Source of the DNA: Clostridia bacterium
GTDB taxonomy: Bacteria > Bacillota > Clostridia > Monoglobales > Monoglobaceae
Assembly: GCA_045647905.1 (NCBI GenBank)
Contig: JAZRMZ010000014.1
Span: 8,303 to 72,302 of the forward strand
Direction of reading: 5' to 3'
DNA length: 64,000 bases
Part shown: piece after piece, positions 27,526 to 33,764 of the stretch
Numbering within the stretch: the first letter of the stretch is position 1
How the letters are laid out: each line of letters begins with the position of its first letter
Position numbers and translations under genes: made by a program
The notes under the pieces: model-generated
What the model was told of the DNA's origin: nothing
Databases searched by the model: none
The model's input: only the letters and a program-made list of their open reading frames with translations

Positions 27526-28740
27526 TTAGGTGCGGTAATCACCGTTGATTTTTACATAGTCATAGGTGAGGTCACAGCCCCATGCTGTTGCCTTGCCGTC
27601 GCCGTCGCCAAGGTTGATGTTGATTTTGATTTCGTCCTCGGAAAGAACTTTTTTTGCAAAATCTTCGTCAAAGTCAACACCGCTTCCGTTTTCACATACA
27701 TGGATTGTTCCTGCAGAAGATTCGAGATGCACTGCAACTTTGTTTACATCGCAGTCTGCACCGCTGTAACCGATTGCACAAAGGATTCTGCCCCAGTTTG
27801 CATCGGCGCCGAACATTGCCGCCTTGAAAAGTGATGAACAAATAACGCTTTTTGCAATAATTTTTGCATTTTTTGTGTCCTTGCCGCCACAAACGTTACA
27901 TTCAAGGAGTTTTGTTGCTCCCTCGCCGTCCTTTGCGATATTGCGGCAGAGGTAGGTTGTGACAGCCGAAAGTGCTTGACAGAAGGTATCATAGCTTGCA
28001 CCTTCGCAGGTGATTTCGCTGTTTCCTGCCATTCCGTTTGCAAGAACCGAAACCATATCGTTTGTTGAGGTGTCGCCGTCAACCGAAATCATATTGAATG
28101 AGTCAAGAATATCGGCGCTGAGAGCTTTTTGGAGCATTGATGGGGAAATTGCCGCATCGGTTGTAACAAACACCAGCATCGTTGCCATATTGGGATGAAT
28201 CATTCCCGAACCTTTGGCGATGCCGCCTATATGACAGATTTTTCCGTCAAGCTCAAATTCAAAAGCAATTTCCTTTTTCACAAGGTCTGTTGTCATAATT
28301 GCTTCTGCTGCATCGTTGCTTCCGTCGGGGTTGAGGGCTTTTGTCAGTTCTTCCATTCCGTTTGCAATGGGGGTCAGGTCAAGGGGCTGACCGATTACGC
28401 CCGTTGAAGCAACAATAACGTCGGTTTTTTTGATGCCTGCATATTGCTCAACAAGAGCACACATTCCTTCGGCAATTTCAATTCCGTTGGCGTTGCAGGT
28501 GTTTGCATTGCCGCTGTTGCAGATTATTGCCTGAGCATAGCCGTCGCTTATGTTGGCTTTTGTTACATGGAGGGGCGCACCCTTCACGAGATTCTGTGTA
28601 TATGTACTTGCGGCTGATGCGATTTTTTCGCTTACAATCAGCGCAAGGTCCTTTTTGTCTCTATTTTTGCGTATTCCTGCGTGTATGCCGCTTGCTTTGA
28701 AGCCGATAGCCGCACAAACGCCGCCGTTGATTTGTTTCAT
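27526..28740 (-). CDS. argJ: Bifunctional glutamate N-acetyltransferase / amino-acid acetyltransferase
   Basis: PNMATMLVFVTTDA self-cleavage site and overall ArgJ similarity. Confidence 0.9.
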   Translation of the reverse strand: MKQINGGVCAAIGFKASGIHAGIRKNRDKKDLALIVSEKIASAASTYTQNLVKGAPLHVTKANISDGYAQAIICNSGNANTCNANGIEIAEGMCALVEQYAGIKKTDVIVASTGVIGQPLDLTPIANGMEELTKALNPDGSNDAAEAIMTTDLVKKEIAFEFELDGKICHIGGIAKGSGMIHPNMATMLVFVTTDAAISPSMLQKALSADILDSFNMISVDGDTSTNDMVSVLANGMAGNSEITCEGASYDTFCQALSAVTTYLCRNIAKDGEGATKLLECNVCGGKDTKNAKIIAKSVICSSLFKAAMFGADANWGRILCAIGYSGADCDVNKVAVHLESSAGTIHVCENGSGVDFDEDFAKKVLSEDEIKININLGDGDGKATAWGCDLTYDYVKINGDYRT

Positions 28741-28769
28741 GGTTATATATGTTCCTTTCCTTTTGTGTT

Positions 28770-29708
28770 TTAAACTTCTAGTCCTGTTGTTTCATCTGTG
28801 CCTGTAATCAGATTGAAGCACTGTACTGCGGCACCCGATGCGCCTTTTCCAAGATTGTCAAAGCATGAAGCAATGAGAATTCGGTCGTTGTTGCCTGAAA
28901 TGATGATTTCCATTGAGTCTTTGCCTGACATACGATTTGTGCCAATCATTCCCTCAAAGTCAAGGGGAAGAACTTTTATCATTTTTTGTGATTTGTAATG
29001 TTCTTCAAAAACCTTGTGAATTTCTTCAACGGTCATGGGCTTTTTCAGCATTTTGCCAAAGAGAGGGATTGTTACGGTCATACCGCTGTAAAAATCTCCA
29101 ACAATGGGCGAGAAGCAGGGTTCGTTTTCAAGACCGCAGATTGCCTTCATTTCGGGAAGGTGCTTGTGGGTTTGGGTAATGCCGTACTGTCTCGGTGCGT
29201 TGAATTCTTCGGGTCGGTTTTGGTCGGCGTACTCGGCAATCATTTTCTTGCCGCCGCCGCTGTAGCCCGTTATGGATGTTGCGGTTATGGGATAGTCGGG
29301 AGCGATTATGCCGTGTGCAACAAGGGGTGCAACAATGGAGCAAAAACCACTGGCATGACAGCCCGGAACGGCAATTCGCTTTGATGCAAGAAGCTTTTTG
29401 CGGAATTCCTCTGAGAGTTCGGGAAAGCCGTAAGCCCATGCAGGATTTGTTCGGTGTGCGGTGGAGGTGTCAAGGATTTTTGTGTCGCAATCGCCAACCG
29501 CTTCGCATATTTCCTTTGATGCCGCATCGGGGAGGCAGAGGAAGGTTACGTCGGATGCTTTGATTGCTTCCACTCTTGAATCAAGGTCCTTTCGCACTTC
29601 TTCGGGGAGGGTTATGAGCTCCACATCCTGTCTTGAAGAGAGTCTTTCGTGAATTCTGAGACCTGTTGTTCCTACGCTTCCGTCAATGAAGACTTTTATC
29701 TTTTGCAT
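28770..29708 (-). CDS. argC: N-acetyl-gamma-glutamyl-phosphate reductase (short form)
   Basis: GSVGTTG N-terminus and VPGCHASG active-site Cys motif. First gene of the operon. Confidence 0.9.
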   Translation of the reverse strand: MQKIKVFIDGSVGTTGLRIHERLSSRQDVELITLPEEVRKDLDSRVEAIKASDVTFLCLPDAASKEICEAVGDCDTKILDTSTAHRTNPAWAYGFPELSEEFRKKLLASKRIAVPGCHASGFCSIVAPLVAHGIIAPDYPITATSITGYSGGGKKMIAEYADQNRPEEFNAPRQYGITQTHKHLPEMKAICGLENEPCFSPIVGDFYSGMTVTIPLFGKMLKKPMTVEEIHKVFEEHYKSQKMIKVLPLDFEGMIGTNRMSGKDSMEIIISGNNDRILIASCFDNLGKGASGAAVQCFNLITGTDETTGLEV

Positions 29709-29722
29709 GGTTTATTCTCCTT

Positions 29723-29819
29723 TGCATAAAAATTCATCAATATACACTATATTAAACCATAATTTAATGAAAAAATCAATAGTGTTTTTGCATAAATATT
29801 CAAAAATATTCATAAAAAT
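29723..29819 (-). promoter_or_regulatory. argC promoter region with ARG-box-like operators
   Basis: Minus strand: TTGATT (29779-29774), 17-nt spacer with TGn, TTTAAT (29756-29751). ARG-box-like palindromes ATGAATTTTTATGCA (29737-29723), TGAATATTTATGCA (29802-29789) and TGTATTTTTATGAATA (29819-29804) match TGAAT-N4-ATTCA. Confidence 0.6.
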
Positions 29820-29856
29820 ACATATAAAATACACAAATCGGATAATGGGAATGGAT

Positions 29857-29889
29857 AAAAGCCCCCGACATTTAGCGTCGAGGGCTTTT
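29857..29889 (-). terminator. Terminator-like hairpin insulating the arg promoter from the upstream repeats
   Basis: Minus strand: AAAAGCCCUCGAC-GCUAAAU-GUCGGGGGCUUUU, then AUCC. The one irregular pair is G.U on the minus strand. Confidence 0.55.
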
Positions 29890-29949
29890 GGGGAGTGCTT
29901 TGCGTCGCAGCAAATCAAGAGTCTGCTGCGCAATATGTAAATGTAAAAC

Positions 29950-30109
29950 AAAAAATGCGCAGCACGGAGCTACGCACGAAAAATGCATAACTCCTTATTG
30001 CTGCGACACAAGTTACACAAACATTTTCATTAGCATGTGAAAACAGAGCATGCATTTTTACCGAAATAAAAACAGCTGCCAATGAAATAGTTTTATTAAC
30101 TTATGTCGC
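29950..30109 (-). ncRNA. Candidate structured small RNA, paralog A (unnamed family)
   Basis: Promoter TTGTAA (30144-30139), 17-nt spacer with TGn, TATACT (30121-30116). Predicted start at G30109. Nt 1-13 pair with nt 95-107. Terminator UGCGUAGC-UCCGU-GCUGCGCA-U6 (29976-29950). Helices covary with paralogs B and C. Confidence 0.6.
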
Positions 30110-30205
30110 AAGTACAGTATATCACAAAAATGTGAAATTTACAAGAGAAAAGGATAAATTTATTTTATTTTTGTGGGTCTTTAGTAAACATTGAGATTTC
30201 AACGA

Positions 30206-30285
30206 AAAGATTCTTCGCCGTTGGCTCAGAATGACGTTAACATAAACTATGCAGAGTCATTCTGAGTGTAGCGAAGAATCTTTTT
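30206..30285. repeat. Inverted pair of REP-like units
   Basis: AAAGATTCTTCGCCGTTGGCTCAGAATGAC, 20 nt, then GTCATTCTGAGTGTAGCGAAGAATCTTT. Confidence 0.9.
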
Positions 30286-30343
30286 TGAGTGTTTTGCGTC
30301 GCAGCAAATCAAGAGTATGCTGCGCAATATGTAAATATAATAT

Positions 30344-30489
30344 AAAAAATGCGCAGCACGGAGCTACGCATGAAAAATGCATAACTCTTTATTGCTGCTA
30401 CGCATCTTATAAACCCGATCAAGTATAAAGAAATAGAGTCTGCATTTTTACCAAAATACAAACTTGAACGAGTTATTAATATACGTAGC
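30344..30489 (-). ncRNA. Candidate structured small RNA, paralog B
   Basis: Promoter TTGCAA (30524-30519), 17-nt spacer with TGn, TATTAT (30501-30496). Predicted start at G30489. 5' GCUACGUAU pairs with AUGCGUAGC. Terminator (30370-30344) is identical to that of paralog A. Confidence 0.55.
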
Positions 30490-30585
30490 ATTATTATAAT
30501 ACCATAAGACTGTAAATATTGCAATAGAAAAAGATAAATTAATTTTATTTTGTGGGTTCTTTAGCAAATATTGAGGTTTCAACGA

Positions 30586-30665
30586 AAAGATTCTTCGCCG
30601 TTGGCTCAGAATGACGTTAACACAAACTATGCAGAGTCATTCTGAGTGTAGCGAAGAATCTTTTT
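30586..30665. repeat. Inverted pair of REP-like units (second copy)
   Basis: Same sequence as 30206-30285 apart from one substitution in the loop. Confidence 0.9.
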
Positions 30666-30707
30666 TGAGGGTTTTGTTTCAATCGTTGTTACAGAACCGA
30701 TAATGAA

Positions 30708-30731
30708 ATATCCCCCGTAGCCGGGGGATAT
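30708..30731 (-). terminator. Hairpin terminator downstream of jag
   Basis: Minus strand: AUAUCCCCCG-GCUA-CGGGGGAUAU, then a UUCAUUAU tail (weak U tract). Confidence 0.55.
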
Positions 30732-30735
30732 TGGA

Positions 30736-31545
30736 TTAATCTTCTGTTGTTTCAGACTTTGCCAGAGACACAACCATACGGCGGTTTGGTTCTTCGCCGA
30801 TGCTGTGGGTTTTGATTCTGGGGTTATTCTGAAGTGCAGAGTGAATGATTCGTCTTTCGTTTGCTGTCATGGGTTCAAGTGTGATTGACTTCTTTTCACG
30901 GAGCACGCTTCGTTCAAGACCGTGTGCAAGACGGATGAGAGTATCTTCTCTTTTTGAACGGTAATTTTCGGTGTCGATATTTACCTTTACATAAGGCATA
31001 TTTTTGTTTCTGTTTACGTACAGAACGGTTAACATCTGAACAGCATCAAGTGTGTCGCCGCGCTTGCCTATGAGAAGTCCCATTTTGTCGCCCGAAACGT
31101 GAACGTTGATAACGTCTTTGTCCTGCTTTATGTGAAGTTCAACTTCAAGACCAACTTTTTTGAGAAGTTCAGAAACAAAATATTTTGCATCATCAACGGC
31201 TGATTTTGGAATTACGAAATCTTCGTCAACCTCGCTGCGTTTCTTTTCGGGCTTTGCAGGAGCTGCTTCGGGTGAAGGTGCTGCTGCTTTTTCAGCCTTT
31301 GCAGGCTTTTCGGCTTTGGGTTCTGCCGGCACCGCTTTTGCGGCTTCTTTTGCATTCTCTTTTTCTTCGTCAGCGGTTCTCCACGCAAGAATTTCAACTT
31401 CGGAGCCAACAAGGAATTTCATCAGGCCTTTGCCAATCTGTTTTGTGATTGTGTATGAAACTTCGTCTTTTGCAACGCCAAGTTCTTCTGCCGCCAAAGC
31501 AATTGCATCATCGAGATTTTTTGCGTTTTTTTCTACTTTTAACAT
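30736..31545 (-). CDS. jag: Jag/KhpB RNA-binding protein (Jag_N, KH, R3H domains)
   Basis: N-terminal VEKNAKNLDDAIALAAEELGV (Jag_N), a Lys/Ala/Pro/Glu-rich linker, and C-terminal LEPMTANERRIIHSAL (R3H). Confidence 0.9.
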   Translation of the reverse strand: MLKVEKNAKNLDDAIALAAEELGVAKDEVSYTITKQIGKGLMKFLVGSEVEILAWRTADEEKENAKEAAKAVPAEPKAEKPAKAEKAAAPSPEAAPAKPEKKRSEVDEDFVIPKSAVDDAKYFVSELLKKVGLEVELHIKQDKDVINVHVSGDKMGLLIGKRGDTLDAVQMLTVLYVNRNKNMPYVKVNIDTENYRSKREDTLIRLAHGLERSVLREKKSITLEPMTANERRIIHSALQNNPRIKTHSIGEEPNRRMVVSLAKSETTED

Positions 31546-32563
31546 TTTTCATTTCTCCTTCTAATTCTTCCAGACTGATGTCAGACGCAAAATGCTTCTT
31601 GACAATAAAATGCTGGGCTATTTGGATAAGGTTGCTTATTGTCCAGTAAAGACCCACACCTGCAGGAAGTGAAAAAGCGAATACCAGAGAGAAGAGGGGC
31701 ATGATTTTTGTCATTGAAGACATTGCTTCGCTGCTTGCACCCTTTTCTTTGGGCTTTTCGTTTTCGGCAAGGATAACGTTCTTTTCGGACTTGGGTTTCT
31801 TTTCGCTTGTGAGCTGTGCCGAAGCGTATGCGCTGGCACCTGATGCAACAGGAATAAGCCATAGAAGCATTGTTCCAAGGGCCGGGATACTTCCTGAAAG
31901 CATACCAAAGAATGCCGAGAAGCTTGGTGTTTGTGAAAGGTTCATTCCAAGGAAGTTGAAGTTGATGAGCTTGAAGGAATCCCCCCAATGCTCGGTAATC
32001 AGAGGATGATTAAGGATTGCTTCCTGGCCTGAAATAACGTTTGCAACTTCTATTTCATGCATTCCAAAGGTGTTTGAACCGGTAACGGTAAGCTCGCCTG
32101 CTTTCTGAAGTGCATCGGGCAGAGCTTTGAATATTGCACTGCTCTGGTCAAGGCTTCTGAACCATGCGTTGTAAGCCTCGGCAATTCGCCATGTTTCGTC
32201 AAAGTCAACACCTACCATATAAATAAGGGGCTTTCTTACAACGTAAAACAGCGAAAATATAATGGGAAGCTGAATGAGCATGGGAAGACAGCCGCTCATG
32301 GGGCTGATTCCGTACTTCTGATAGAGCTTCATTGTTTCCTGATTGAGTTTTTCTTTGTCGTTTGCGTATTTTTTCTGAACCTCATTGAGGAGAGGCTGAA
32401 TTTTCTGGGTTTTTGCCATTGAACGTCTTTGCTTGATTTCAATGGGGAAGAGGATTAACTTTACCAGAAGTGTGAACACAATGATTGCAACACCGTAGTT
32501 GTTCACAATGTCATATAAAAAGGTAAGAATCCAACCCAGAACGGTCATAATGGCTGACATCAT
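31508..32563 (-). CDS. yidC: Membrane protein insertase YidC/Oxa1 family
   Basis: KMQKIQP-like KTQKIQPLLNEVQKKY, GCLPMLIQLPI, and a basic C-terminal tail. The 3' end overlaps the jag start by 38 nt. Confidence 0.9.
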   Translation of the reverse strand: MMSAIMTVLGWILTFLYDIVNNYGVAIIVFTLLVKLILFPIEIKQRRSMAKTQKIQPLLNEVQKKYANDKEKLNQETMKLYQKYGISPMSGCLPMLIQLPIIFSLFYVVRKPLIYMVGVDFDETWRIAEAYNAWFRSLDQSSAIFKALPDALQKAGELTVTGSNTFGMHEIEVANVISGQEAILNHPLITEHWGDSFKLINFNFLGMNLSQTPSFSAFFGMLSGSIPALGTMLLWLIPVASGASAYASAQLTSEKKPKSEKNVILAENEKPKEKGASSEAMSSMTKIMPLFSLVFAFSLPAGVGLYWTISNLIQIAQHFIVKKHFASDISLEELEGEMKNVKSRKKRKKSR

Positions 32564-32588
32564 ATTGGGTTACCTCCGATGTAAATAT

Positions 32589-32807
32589 TCACGGCATATC
32601 AACGCCGCCCTTTGAAAAGGGATTGCAGCGAAGAATACGCCATATTGCTTTCAAAAATCCTTTGATGGGTCCGTATTTTTTTATTGCAAGAATTGCATAT
32701 TCCGAACAAGTGGGATAAAACCGACAGCTTGGACGGGTATGCGGCGAAATGTACCGCCTGTAAAATTCGATGGGCTTTATAAGTAAAAAGGACAGGAGCT
32801 TATTCAT
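32589..32807 (-). CDS. yidD: Membrane protein insertion efficiency factor YidD
   Basis: [23 protein letters not shown] signature. Start set to ATG 32807 (MNKLLSF) inside the longer track ORF. Overlaps the rnpA stop by 8 nt. Confidence 0.9.
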   Translation of the reverse strand: MNKLLSFLLIKPIEFYRRYISPHTRPSCRFYPTCSEYAILAIKKYGPIKGFLKAIWRILRCNPFSKGGVDMP

Positions 32808-33153
32808 CTTTAAACACTCCGATGTTTTTTGCCGCCGAAACAAAGTCGGACACCAGCTTTGAATAGGGTGTGTTTGCCGTCCTGCCTCTTGCAACAAGTA
32901 CAAAATCAAACCCTTGTCTGAGGTTTGGGAGATTTGTTCTGAAAATCTCACGGAGTCTGCGCTTTGCTCTGTTGCGGACAACCGCTTTGCCGATTTTTTT
33001 GCTGACGGTTATGCCCACACGGTTGTGGGAAAGGCCGTTGCGCTTTGCGTACATAACAACAGAAGGGCTGACGTGAGACGTGCCCTTTTGGTACAGCTTT
33101 CTGAACTGTGTGTTCAGATTCAGAGTGACGATACCGTTGGCAGAGTTTCTCAT
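32800..33153 (-). CDS. rnpA: Ribonuclease P protein component
   Basis: 117-aa basic protein with [25 protein letters not shown] (RNR motif), downstream of rpmH. Confidence 0.9.
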   Translation of the reverse strand: MRNSANGIVTLNLNTQFRKLYQKGTSHVSPSVVMYAKRNGLSHNRVGITVSKKIGKAVVRNRAKRRLREIFRTNLPNLRQGFDFVLVARGRTANTPYSKLVSDFVSAAKNIGVFKDE

Positions 33154-33184
33154 GACTTTTCTCCTGTTAAAGCGGACTTGGTTT

Positions 33185-33222
33185 GAAAACGCAGAAACAA
33201 GCCCGACAAAGAAATATCGGGC
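33185..33222 (-). terminator. Second terminator-like hairpin in the rpmH-rnpA spacer
   Basis: Minus strand: GCCCGA-N10-UCGGGC, then UUGUUUCUGCGUUUUC. Confidence 0.45.
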
Positions 33223-33245
33223 GTTGCAAATTGACTGTAATAGTC

Positions 33246-33269
33246 AAAAAGACGCACTAAGGCGTCTTT
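33246..33269 (-). terminator. Intrinsic terminator/attenuator directly after rpmH
   Basis: Minus strand: AAAGACGC-CUUAGU-GCGUCUUUUU, 4 nt after the rpmH stop. Confidence 0.7.
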
Positions 33270-33273
33270 AGCG

Positions 33274-33408
33274 TTAGGCTGACAATTTTTTTCTGCCTTT
33301 AAGTCTTCTTCTTGCTAAAACTTTGCGACCATTGCTGGTTGACATTCTTTTTCTGAAACCGTGCTCTTTGGCTCTGTGTCTCTTCTTAGGCTGGAATGTT
33401 CTAAGCAT
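33274..33408 (-). CDS. rpmH: 50S ribosomal protein L34
   Basis: Translated by hand because it is below the ORF-track length cut-off: [53 protein letters not shown] lies 6 nt upstream. Confidence 0.95.
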   Translation of the reverse strand: MLRTFQPKKRHRAKEHGFRKRMSTSNGRKVLARRRLKGRKKLSA

Positions 33409-33764
33409 CTGTATCCCTCCAATACCAATTTTTCATAATATGAAAATGTAAATTTAATAATTATCTGTAAAACAGCATTAGTTATTTTAGCACAAACTTC
33501 TTCGCTTGTCAAGACTTTCTGCAATTAAAAAAAATAAAAAAATTTTTTTATGATAAAAAACCATAGATGTTGTAAAAAAAACGCTGTCTTTGTCAATATT
33601 TTGTGTTTTTTGACGTGCAAATTCTTTTTGTTTGGTTTTTTTGAGATTTTTTGCTATTGAAAAAAATAAAAAAATCTGTTAAAATAGCTTTGTTTGTATT
33701 TAAAGAGGGTATAATTTTGCCTTTTATATATAATGTAGTTTTTATTGAAGAAGGAGTTTTTGTT

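Larger units (their letters stand above)
29893..30675. repeat. Tandem duplication of a ~394-bp non-coding module
   Basis: Motif TTGCGTCGCAGCAAATCAAGAGT occurs at 29900 and 30294 (period 394). The ends are near-identical and the centre has diverged. Each module holds a hairpin, a candidate sRNA and a REP pair. Confidence 0.9.

Noticed and set aside
27424-27834. 136-aa plus-strand ORF spanning the argB-argJ spacer.
   Set aside because: It is mostly antisense to argJ. It has no RBS, and its N-terminal part lies in the structured spacer.
29712-29951. Track ORFs inside the repeat/sRNA regions (29712-29951, 29686-29940, 30309-30524, 55266-55565, 55034-55234), considered as protein genes.
   Set aside because: No RBS, and the frames are not conserved between the three homologous copies because indels shift them. 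They span promoters, terminators and REP units. The conservation pattern follows base-pairing, not codons.
29893-30675. Possible CRISPR array, because of the regularly repeated sequence.
   Set aside because: The period is about 394 bp with only two units. There are no 25-40-bp direct repeats separated by unique spacers, and no cas genes are in the window.
31160-31564. 134-aa Ala/Ser/Phe-rich ORF on the plus strand.
   Set aside because: It is the mirror image of the Lys/Ala/Pro/Glu-rich linker of Jag. It is a low-complexity artefact.
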